The notes beneath the pieces were generated by a model. It saw nothing but the letters and a program-made list of their open reading frames with translations. It had not been told where the DNA came from and did not search any database. Below are positions 55,991 to 64,000 of a stretch of DNA of 64,000 nucleotides, one piece after another (the first letter of the stretch is position 1; each line of letters opens with the position of its first letter). The stretch is from an uncultured delta proteobacterium (GTDB lineage: Bacteria > Desulfobacterota > WTBG01), in NCBI GenBank assembly GCA_963793865.1, contig CAWCBP010000008.1, positions 128,001-192,000 of the forward strand, in the 5' to 3' direction. A program made the position numbers and the translations under genes.

Positions 55991-57385
55991 GTGGCGACAC
56001 TCACATTTTTAGGGGCTACCGGAACGGTTACCGGCTCGCGTTTTCTGCTGGAGGTTGACGAACGAAGGCTGCTTATCGACTGCGGCCTTTTTCAGGGGCT
56101 CAAGAACGACCGGCTGAAAAACTGGGACCCCTTCCCCGTGGACCCTTCCCGGATAGACCGGGTCCTGCTCACCCATGCCCATATCGACCACAGCGGGTAT
56201 CTGCCCCGCCTGTGCAAGGAGGGCTTCAGGGGAGTGGTTAACTGTACCCCCGCCACCGCCGACCTGTGCGGCATCATGCTTCGCGACAGCGGCCACCTCC
56301 AGGAGGAAGATGCGTACTGGGCAAATAAGAGAGGCTTCAGCAAGCACCAGCCTGCCCTTCCCTTGTACACGCTGGAGGATGCCGAGGCGTCGCTGAAGCG
56401 CTTTGAGCCGGTCTACTATGGCACGGATCTGTTCCTTGATGATTCCCTGCGGGTCAAGTTCAAAGATGCGGGCCACATCCTGGGCTCCGCCATGGTCGAT
56501 ATAAAGCGCAGCCGGGGCAAAAAAACAGGCAGGGTGCTGTTCAGCGGTGACCTGGGCAGGCCGTCGAGGCCGATTCTTCGGGACCCGGTTCAGGTCTTTG
56601 AGGTTGACTACCTCGTGATTGAATCCACCTACGGCAATCGACTCCATGACCAAAAACCGCCGGAGGAGGAACTGGCCCGCGTCATAAACGAGAGCCGGGA
56701 GCGCGGAGGCGTGCTGGTAATCCCCGCTTTTGCGGTAGGGCGAACGCAGGAGCTGCTCTATTGCATCCGTGAGCTGGAGGAGCAGGGGCGCATCCCCGTG
56801 CTTCCGGTCTACGTTGATTCCCCCATGGCCATAGACACCACCCAGGTGTTTGAAAAGAGAAAGGGGGATTATGACCTGGGGTCCAAGATACTGGAGCTGA
56901 ACGGCACGCACATTCTAAAAACAGGCAACCTCCGGTTTTACCGGGACAAGGAGCAATCCAAGCAGCTGCACGAGAAGGTCAGTTCAGGAATTATCATATC
57001 CGCCAGCGGCATGGTTGAAGGCGGCCGCATTCTTCACCACATGATACACCGCCTCCCCCATACCCGGAACACGGTGCTGTTTATCGGCTACCAGGCGCAG
57101 GGCACGCGGGGAAGAGCCATACAGGAAGGAACAGACACGATCAAAATACACGGGCAGATGGTTCCCATCCGGGCGAAGGTGGAAAGCATCTCCGGCTTTT
57201 CGGCCCACGCCGATTACAACGAGGCGCTGGCCTGGCTGATGGGGTTAAACCGCCCGCCGTTCAAAACCTTTATCGTGCACGGGGAGCGCGAGGCCGCTTC
57301 GTCGATGGCTGACCATATACGCACCACCTTTGGCTGGGAAGTGGTCATACCCTCATACAACGAGAAGTTTACCATCGATTTGTAG
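55991..57385 (+). CDS. MBL-fold beta-CASP ribonuclease
   Basis: THAHIDHSG, AGHILGS, ESTYG, FSAHAD and VHGE motifs. Confidence 0.92.
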   Translation: MATLTFLGATGTVTGSRFLLEVDERRLLIDCGLFQGLKNDRLKNWDPFPVDPSRIDRVLLTHAHIDHSGYLPRLCKEGFRGVVNCTPATADLCGIMLRDSGHLQEEDAYWANKRGFSKHQPALPLYTLEDAEASLKRFEPVYYGTDLFLDDSLRVKFKDAGHILGSAMVDIKRSRGKKTGRVLFSGDLGRPSRPILRDPVQVFEVDYLVIESTYGNRLHDQKPPEEELARVINESRERGGVLVIPAFAVGRTQELLYCIRELEEQGRIPVLPVYVDSPMAIDTTQVFEKRKGDYDLGSKILELNGTHILKTGNLRFYRDKEQSKQLHEKVSSGIIISASGMVEGGRILHHMIHRLPHTRNTVLFIGYQAQGTRGRAIQEGTDTIKIHGQMVPIRAKVESISGFSAHADYNEALAWLMGLNRPPFKTFIVHGEREAASSMADHIRTTFGWEVVIPSYNEKFTIDL

Positions 57386-57436
57386 AATTGTTTGACCGTG
57401 CAAAAATAAAAATATCCCCGGTCCGTTTCTACTATA

Positions 57437-57550
57437 CTACACCTTCACCATCGGTTCGCCGCAGCAGACCAGCTCGCCACCGCCGGCCTCCAGTACCTGC
57501 ACCTTGTTGCCGCAGATTTCGCACACATAAATCTCTTTCACTTGTGTCAT
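57437..57550 (-). CDS. Stand-alone desulforedoxin (37 aa), absent from the ORF track
   Basis: Manual translation [37 protein letters not shown] with CxxC..CC; AAGGAG RBS. Confidence 0.9.
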   Translation of the reverse strand: MTQVKEIYVCEICGNKVQVLEAGGGELVCCGEPMVKV

Positions 57551-57648
57551 GGACGTGCTCCTTGTTGTGGATGGTTGTTTCCGTTGATCGGTTCTCTATA
57601 AACGCTTGAACTCGCGGCTTAAAGCCGCCCCTGCCGGCCGTAACCTAT

Positions 57649-59277
57649 CTATCCCAGTATCGCCTTTAAATCCTCATCAGGAGTGCTGATGGGTTTAATG
57701 TCAAACAATTTAACCAGGGTATTGAGGATATTGGGTGTAATGAAAGCCGGAAGTGTCGGCCCGAGCCGGATATTTTTTATTCCCAGATGAAACAGGGTCA
57801 GCAGAATCGCGGCTGCCTTTTGCTCATACCAGGACAGTACCATTGACAAAGGCAGGTCGTTGACGCCGCAGTTAAAGGCCTTGGAAAGCGCCACGGCAAC
57901 CTGGATGGCGGAGTAGGCATCATTGCACTGGCCCATGTCCAGCAGCCGTGGAATTCCCCCTATATCACCCAGATCCTTGTCAAAGAACCGGAACTTTCCG
58001 CATGCCAGGGTGAGCACCACGCAGTCTTTGGGAACCTTTTCAACAAATTCGGTGTAGTAGTTGCGGCCGGACCTGGCCCCGTCACACCCCGCCACCAGGA
58101 AAAAATGCCGGATGGCCTTGTTCTTAACCCCGTCAATCACCTTGTCCGCCACCCCGAGCACGGCGTTTCTTCCAAATCCGGTCATCACCGCCCGGCCATT
58201 CTGATCTTCCGCAAATCCGGGCATGGAAAGGGCCTTTTGTATTACAGGACTGAAATCATGTCCTGCGATGCGGGGCACATCAGGCCAGCCCACCGGTCCG
58301 CAGGTAAAAATGTGGTCTTTGTAGGCGTCCCTCGGCCTCTGGATGCAGTTGGTGGTCATGACAATGGGGCCGGGGAACCCGGGAAATTCCTTGGCCTGGT
58401 TCTGCCAGGCGGTGCCGTAATGACCGTAAAAGTGTTTATACTTCTTGAGACCGGGATAGCCGTGGGTGGGGAGCATCTCGCCGTGGGTGTAGACGTTGAT
58501 GTTTTTCCCCTCGCTCTGCTTGAGGATCTCCTCCAGGTCCCTGAGGTCGTGACCGGAGACGAGAATGGCTTTCCCTTTTTTGGATCCCAGCGGTACCTTT
58601 GTCGGCACAGGATGCCCGTAGGTCCCGGTATTGCCCGCGTCAAGCAGCTCCATGGCCTTGAGGTTGGTCTCGCCGCATTTGAGGGTCATCTTCACCCAGT
58701 CGTCAAGGCTCAAGTCTTTGCGCAGCATGCCGGCAAGCGCCTCCTGCACGAAGGCAAAAACCGCATCCTCCTCCTTTCCCAGTATCTGCGCATGGTATGT
58801 GTAGGCCGAGATACCCTTGATGCCGAAGAGAACGGTATGCTGAAGGCTTTGGATGTCGGGATCAATGCCCGGGTCTGACTTTAAACCCACAGATTCACCC
58901 TGCTTGATAAGGTCTTTGAGTGATTTCTCCGGGATAAAGTTTGCCGCCTTCTCGGTGAACTGGGCGGGCCCTCCCGCAGCCTTTATCTTTTTCTTGAGGG
59001 CTTCCCGCAGCTCAACGCACGTGCTGATAAATTGCTGCAGGCGCTCCGGGTCAAAGTTGACGTTGGTCAGGGTGGAAAATGCCGCCTCGCAGGTAAAGGA
59101 ATTAACCTCCTTATCATTGATGCCTCTTTTCCGGCCTTCCAGTGCAACAACTGATAAGCCCTTAAGCGCATAAACCAGTGCGTCCTGTAAAGCCGCTACT
59201 TCCGGCTCCTTTCCGCAAATACCCATCTGGGTGCAGCCGGTACCTTTGTTGGTCTGTTCACATTGATAGCAAAACAT
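57649..59277 (-). CDS. hcp: Hybrid cluster protein (hydroxylamine/NO reductase)
   Basis: MFCYQCEQT..C..CGK, SGHDL, THGEMLP, GCDG, GQCND and SWYEQKA motifs. Confidence 0.97.
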   Translation of the reverse strand: MFCYQCEQTNKGTGCTQMGICGKEPEVAALQDALVYALKGLSVVALEGRKRGINDKEVNSFTCEAAFSTLTNVNFDPERLQQFISTCVELREALKKKIKAAGGPAQFTEKAANFIPEKSLKDLIKQGESVGLKSDPGIDPDIQSLQHTVLFGIKGISAYTYHAQILGKEEDAVFAFVQEALAGMLRKDLSLDDWVKMTLKCGETNLKAMELLDAGNTGTYGHPVPTKVPLGSKKGKAILVSGHDLRDLEEILKQSEGKNINVYTHGEMLPTHGYPGLKKYKHFYGHYGTAWQNQAKEFPGFPGPIVMTTNCIQRPRDAYKDHIFTCGPVGWPDVPRIAGHDFSPVIQKALSMPGFAEDQNGRAVMTGFGRNAVLGVADKVIDGVKNKAIRHFFLVAGCDGARSGRNYYTEFVEKVPKDCVVLTLACGKFRFFDKDLGDIGGIPRLLDMGQCNDAYSAIQVAVALSKAFNCGVNDLPLSMVLSWYEQKAAAILLTLFHLGIKNIRLGPTLPAFITPNILNTLVKLFDIKPISTPDEDLKAILG

Positions 59278-59403
59278 GGCATTCTCCTTTCCTGTGCAGG
59301 TTGAACCGTGTGCGTGCATCCGTCCTGTCTGAAATACTGTTGATCGCTTTCAAAATCGTATGTGGTAATTGTAATTCACTAACATGGGTTGCTTTCGCTT
59401 TCC

Positions 59404-59417
59404 ATGACCTATGTCAT
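59404..59417. promoter_or_regulatory. Candidate CRP/FNR-family (HcpR-like) site upstream of hcp
   Basis: Palindrome ATGAC-N4-GTCAT. Confidence 0.45.
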
Positions 59418-59583
59418 ACAGTACGGCAAAAATGCGACTGTTTTTCTCCGGCAGCAGCCTATCAACCATACTACATAATTACACTATGAACCGCCATATG
59501 TATCTTGAAAATAATGGCCTGTTCCGTTCCGTGGTAATAATTCAATACCGGCCTTCCCGGCAGCGATGCCTTTCTTTGACTCC

Positions 59584-59612
59584 TTGACTTCCCCTGCTTC
59601 ATTCCCTATACT
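59584..59612 (+). promoter_or_regulatory. sigma70 promoter of the hydrolase-AOR unit
   Basis: TTGACT-17-TATACT. Confidence 0.65.
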
Positions 59613-59678
59613 CGCTTAATCAAGGAGCGAGTTTACCAGGGAAGAGGGTTGCCCGTTAACGCCGGGGAGGAGTTGCCG

Positions 59679-60515
59679 GTGCCGCGGATTAAGATAGATA
59701 CAGGATTGCACCTCTATTATGAAACGGCAGGAGAGGGTGAGGCGGTTATCCTGGTGCAGGGATTGGACCGGGATCACCGGGGGATGGCGCTGCAAATGAA
59801 GGCGCTGGCCGACCGCTACCGGGTCATTTCGTACGACTCGCGGGGCATCGGGCAATCTGACACCCCTCCCGGGCCCTACACCTGCAGGCAGCTGGCTGAT
59901 GATATCCGCGGGCTGCTCGAAGCGTTGGGTATCGCCAAAACCCATCTCATCGGCGCCTCGCTGGGCGGTCTGGTGGTCCAGGAGTTTGCCATCAATTATC
60001 CCGGAATGACCGAAAGCATCATTTTGATGTGCACCTTCGCCAGACCGAGCAGCGATATGCGGAGCACCGGCAGGTTTTTTATTGATTCAATCGAAAGCAG
60101 AGGCCATGCTCAGATCTGCGAGGAAATGATGCGCCAGGCCTACAGCAGCACCTATCTCAAGAGCGAGAAGCAGCGTTTTGATGCCGCCTGGGAAAAGTTG
60201 AGGGAGACGGATGCCACTTACAACATCAGGGGTTTTCAGTGGACGGCAGAAGCGGGCCTCAGCGGCGACACGCGCGACAGGATCGGCAGCATCAAGGCTC
60301 CCACCCTGGTGATGGCCGGGGAGCTGGATGATCTCGTTCCTCCCTCGCTCTGCGAAGAGCAGCTGGTCAGGTCCATCAGCGGATCGCGGCTGGTGGTCAT
60401 AAAGGAGGCGGGCCATCTTTTTTCTGATGAGAAGCCCGAAGCAGTCAACAGGGAGATACTCTCTTTTTTATCGGGCATTCGCCGGAGCAACTCCCGTACA
60501 GGCGATGAAAAATAA
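59679..60515 (+). CDS. Alpha/beta hydrolase
   Basis: YDSRGIGQS, nucleophile GASLG, GELD and AGH; GGAGGAG RBS before GTG. Confidence 0.9.
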   Translation: MPRIKIDTGLHLYYETAGEGEAVILVQGLDRDHRGMALQMKALADRYRVISYDSRGIGQSDTPPGPYTCRQLADDIRGLLEALGIAKTHLIGASLGGLVVQEFAINYPGMTESIILMCTFARPSSDMRSTGRFFIDSIESRGHAQICEEMMRQAYSSTYLKSEKQRFDAAWEKLRETDATYNIRGFQWTAEAGLSGDTRDRIGSIKAPTLVMAGELDDLVPPSLCEEQLVRSISGSRLVVIKEAGHLFSDEKPEAVNREILSFLSGIRRSNSRTGDEK

Positions 60516-60536
60516 TCCTTAGATGGACATTGGCTC

Positions 60537-62465
60537 ATGGACACACAATACGGCTGGGCGGGAAAAATACTGAAGGTTGATCTTTCCGAAAAGAGAATTG
60601 CCGCGGTGGAAACCGGTGATTATGCCGGGCGGTTCTTAGGCGGCATGGGAATTGGTGAGAAATTTTACTGGGATGAGTCGAAACCCGGCCAGGCAGCGGA
60701 TGACCCGGAAAGCCCTTTGATGTTCATGAGCGGTCCCCTGGCGGCAACACCGGCCCCGAGCGCCCCGAGGCTGGTGATCTGCGGAAAATCGCCCAGCCTG
60801 TACCCGGAGGTTTTCAATAATGCCAGCATAGCGGGTTCTTTCACGGCGGAACTGAAGAAGGCCGGGTATGACGGTGTAGTGGTTACGGGACGGGCATCGC
60901 AGCCACTCTATCTCACGATCACCAACGGGGCTGCGGAGCTGAAAGATGCCACGCATCTCTGGGGACTTACCAACAGCAAAACCCAGCAGTTTATACGCAA
61001 TACGTGGGGAGAGAAGACGCGCTTCCTGACCATCGGTCCGGGCGCTGAAAACGGTTCCCGCATCGGCACCATAGCCACTGATGTGGGTGGCAACGGCTCG
61101 CGGGGTTTTGGATCCGTCATGGGCTCGAAGGGGTTAAAGGCCATAGCGGTCCGAGGCACAGGGGAAATAGCTGTGGCCGATCCGGAAAAAATTTCCGCCG
61201 TACGAAAAGCGGTGCGGGAGATGCGGGGTGAGGGGTTCTTTGATCTGTACGGAAAACCGCTTTCCCTCCCCGGCGTGGAGGTGGTGCGGAAAGTACATTG
61301 CCATGGATGTCCGCAGGGGTGCTGGCGCACGCTGCACCGCAGCCCCTCGGGAGAGGAGGGCGTCCGGAAGTGTCAGACCCCGCTCTTCTACAGCCTCTGG
61401 AGCAGCAGGTTTCCGGAGACCGCGACCGAGGTCAGCTTTCGCGCTGCCTCCCTGGTTGACGATTACTCACTCTGCGTGATTGAAATGACATTTCTCCTTT
61501 TATGGATGGAAAAGTGCTTCAAGGAGGGGATATTGAACGATGCTAATACCGGTCTGCCCCTGAGCAGGCTGGGCAGCATGGAGTTTTTCGAAGCCATGCT
61601 GCAACAGATGTGCTCAGGGGAGGGATTCGGAAAGGTTCTTGCCCAGGGGGTCGCGCGCGCAGCCGAAGAGGTGGGCACGGAATCAAAAGCCATTGCCGAT
61701 TCGGACCGCCCGATGCCCTACGGTCCCAAGACGTTTATACCCTCGGCCATCCTCTATGCCGTCGAGCCCCGGCCGCCCATCACGGAACTCCACGAGGTCT
61801 GCCATCCCCTCACCAAGTGGGGCATTTGGTATGTGAGCAAAGGAGAGCGGTCTTATGTTTCCACGGCTGTGCTGAGAAAGATCGCGAACAAATTCTGGGG
61901 AAGTGAGACGGCGGTTGATTTTTCCACCTATGCCGGCAAGGCGCTGGCGGCAAAAATAATACAGGAGAGGCAGTATGCCAAGGAGTGCCTGGTGCTGTGT
62001 GATTTTGCCTTTCCGCTGTTTGACCATGCCGGTTCGGAGGATCACGTGGGAGACCCGCTGCTCGAGAGCAAGCTGTTATCGGCGGTAACGGGACTGGATG
62101 TTGATGAAAAAATGTTGCATCTCGTCGGCGAGCGGGTGTTTAACCTGAACCGCGCCATCCACCTTCGCGACGGAAGAAGGGGAAGGGCGGATGACTGCCT
62201 GCCGGAGTCGCAGTTCATCGAGCGGCAAGAGCGCATTGCCGATGTGTTCGGGATACATAATCCCGAGCTCTATCTCCCGGGTGCCGGTGATGACATTATT
62301 TCCCGCAAGGGAAAGGCCCTGGATAAGGAGCGCTTTGAAGGGATGCTGGATGAGTATTACCGCCTGCGCGGCTGGGATGTCGCGACGGGCCTTCTCAAGC
62401 AGGAGACCCTGCGGGCCCTGGACCTTCCTGAAGTCATTGACGGCCTGCCGGGGAAAGTGGTGTAG
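60537..62465 (+). CDS. Aldehyde:ferredoxin oxidoreductase family (tungsten/molybdenum)
   Basis: GWAGKILKVDLS, LKKAGYD, IGPGAEN, GSVMGSKGLKA, CHGCPQGC and EYYRLRGWD motifs. Confidence 0.92.
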   Translation: MDTQYGWAGKILKVDLSEKRIAAVETGDYAGRFLGGMGIGEKFYWDESKPGQAADDPESPLMFMSGPLAATPAPSAPRLVICGKSPSLYPEVFNNASIAGSFTAELKKAGYDGVVVTGRASQPLYLTITNGAAELKDATHLWGLTNSKTQQFIRNTWGEKTRFLTIGPGAENGSRIGTIATDVGGNGSRGFGSVMGSKGLKAIAVRGTGEIAVADPEKISAVRKAVREMRGEGFFDLYGKPLSLPGVEVVRKVHCHGCPQGCWRTLHRSPSGEEGVRKCQTPLFYSLWSSRFPETATEVSFRAASLVDDYSLCVIEMTFLLLWMEKCFKEGILNDANTGLPLSRLGSMEFFEAMLQQMCSGEGFGKVLAQGVARAAEEVGTESKAIADSDRPMPYGPKTFIPSAILYAVEPRPPITELHEVCHPLTKWGIWYVSKGERSYVSTAVLRKIANKFWGSETAVDFSTYAGKALAAKIIQERQYAKECLVLCDFAFPLFDHAGSEDHVGDPLLESKLLSAVTGLDVDEKMLHLVGERVFNLNRAIHLRDGRRGRADDCLPESQFIERQERIADVFGIHNPELYLPGAGDDIISRKGKALDKERFEGMLDEYYRLRGWDVATGLLKQETLRALDLPEVIDGLPGKVV

Positions 62466-62535
62466 ACCGGCTTGCAAATTGATCTCCTGCATTACAAGCA
62501 GGGTATGCATCCATGCAGAGAGAGGTCCTCGTTAC

Positions 62536-62562
62536 GTAGCGGCGACCGGCGGTCGCCCCTGC
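62536..62562. repeat. GTAG-type REP palindrome
   Basis: GTAGCGGCGACCGGCGGTCGCCCCTGC. Confidence 0.7.
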
Positions 62563-62589
62563 AGAAAATATACGCAATAAACGAAGCAC

Positions 62590-63129
62590 ATGGAAGCACA
62601 CATAACCATATCCAAGCAGGATTGTGCCCAGACCCTTTACCTCTGGCTGTCGGAGCATCTGGCCGACAGGGAGGTCAGGGCAATGGCGTTACAGATCGGC
62701 TTCCGGCTCACGGGTCGGCTCGGTATGAAGGCCAATAAAAAGCTGTATGGAAAGTTTCATTCAGAGCTGTTCAGTCTGAACATGTATCTGATCGTTTCCA
62801 CCTGCGAGGCGGTCATTTCGGACGAGGCCACAAAAAACGACGTGCTGCAGCTGTTTCACAGGCTTGTATATGCCAGGCACATAAAAGTTACCGGCGTCAG
62901 CCACGTCAGGTGGATGCAGTTTATGCGGCTCATCTATGACGAGTACACGCGGTCCATGGAGGGAAAAAGTCTTTTAACGCCGGTGCTGCTGATAGCCCAG
63001 GCATTTGAGGTGAATCTTTTCGGGAAAAGCGTGCTTGATCCATATGTGCGGTTCGAGACCGGCATGCGCATCGGCGGGATGATACAGCAGCTGACCAAAC
63101 TGCTCCAGGGTTATGTCGTAAGAAATTAG
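62590..63129 (+). CDS. Hypothetical protein
   Basis: 179-aa ORF filling the gap between AOR and a terminator; no motif recognised. Confidence 0.6.
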   Translation: MEAHITISKQDCAQTLYLWLSEHLADREVRAMALQIGFRLTGRLGMKANKKLYGKFHSELFSLNMYLIVSTCEAVISDEATKNDVLQLFHRLVYARHIKVTGVSHVRWMQFMRLIYDEYTRSMEGKSLLTPVLLIAQAFEVNLFGKSVLDPYVRFETGMRIGGMIQQLTKLLQGYVVRN

Positions 63130-63135
63130 ATGTGC

Positions 63136-63170
63136 AAGGGGCAACTTCCATAAGGCAGTTGCCCCTTTTC
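63136..63170. terminator. Terminator between convergent genes
   Basis: AAGGGGCAAC / GTTGCCCCTT stem followed by TT. Confidence 0.65.
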
Positions 63171-63209
63171 ATGAAAACCACCATACCCAAAAATATACCC
63201 ACCTACCGG

Positions 63210-63422
63210 CTACTCTTCGTGAAACTTGAAGGAAAGATTGACCCGCGCGCGGAAATTGATAACCTTCCCTTCGTCCACTGTCATATCAAGCCTTACAATC
63301 TCGGCAACGCGTAAATCCTTGACTGTCTTGCCCGCGGTTTCAACGGCGTTGCGCGCCGCATCCTCCCAGGACTTTTTGCTCGTTCCCACCACTTCAATTA
63401 TTTTATAAATGCTGTCCGCCAT
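63210..63422 (-). CDS. Dodecin-family protein
   Basis: YKIIEVVGTSKKSWEDA..A..T..LRVAEI..F.ARVNLSFK; AGGAGG RBS. Confidence 0.88.
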   Translation of the reverse strand: MADSIYKIIEVVGTSKKSWEDAARNAVETAGKTVKDLRVAEIVRLDMTVDEGKVINFRARVNLSFKFHEE

Positions 63423-63773
63423 GGCAGTTCCCTCCTCCTTTGGTTGCAGTGTTTGGCTCTCCCCCCTGTCTCGTGCGCGCTGACCTGGTCACACCTCCTT
63501 TCCTTTTATGTGATTTTAAGAAAATACTATATCTATTAGCACGACACTTTGCAAATAGTTTCATGCCCGGTCTATCCGCTTTGCCATGCGCAGAACGAAG
63601 CGTGCAATGAACGGGCGGGCTGAGGCACAATTTATTGTGCCGGGGAAGAAAAATTTACTACATATCGTGTTTTTTCTTGAATAATCGTTTCCCCTTTGTT
63701 ATAAGGACAGCACTTTTGCGTACGCTATCCCACATCATTATAAACTGACGTGCCACGGGGGAGGAAAAAATAG

Positions 63774-64000
63774 ATGAGAGTCATTGCCATTGCCAATCAA
63801 AAAGGTGGATGCGGCAAAACGACGACAGCGATTAATCTTTCGTCATCATTATCTTCACGGGGGCAGAGAGTGCTGCTGATCGATTGCGATCCGCAGTCGC
63901 ATGCTACCATGGGGCTGAATGTTAATCCGGCGGATCTGGAAAAAAGCATGTACAACGTGATGACTCCCCGCGCGGGCGAGACTCTCGGGCTCGATGACAT
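63774..64000 (+). CDS. ParA/Soj-family ATPase, 3'-truncated by the window
   Basis: Manual translation [30 protein letters not shown]. Confidence 0.9.
   Translation, partial: MRVIAIANQKGGCGKTTTAINLSSSLSSRGQRVLLIDCDPQSHATMGLNVNPADLEKSMYNVMTPRAGETLGLDD

Overview
Chromosomal window from an anaerobic bacterium. The gene content (arg-lys-dap cluster, hslUV-xerC, desulfoferrodoxin, hcp, AOR, PurL with a PurS-like N-terminus) suggests Desulfobacterota/deltaproteobacteria; this is an inference. Most of the window is housekeeping: purL/purQ, thiDN-thiC, rodZ, dapA/dapF/lysA, argBDFG, hslUV, xerC, a CNNM pair, glycogen genes, corA, transketolase, hcp, AOR, dodecin and parA. Several genes are split by single indels, most likely uncorrected long-read errors. 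Most notable observations: (1) a type II secretion-linked surface locus at the left end, where a ~1,090-aa Ig-repeat S-layer-like protein and a subtilase share a C-terminal domain I do not recognise, a candidate sorting/anchoring domain; (2) a consensus sigma54 promoter driving an rpoD paralogue, divergent from a pseudo-receiver enhancer-binding protein and embedded in glycogen genes; (3) a DHH phosphodiesterase / CdaA-CdaR fusion / corA c-di-AMP module; (4) two copies of a ~225-nt element with covarying long inverted repeats, and a MITE shell that sits on TAG stop codons; (5) a structured, terminator-containing thiDN-thiC leader with no TPP aptamer; (6) a stand-alone 37-aa desulforedoxin downstream of hcp that the ORF track misses. 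No rRNA, tRNA, CRISPR array or transposase was seen.
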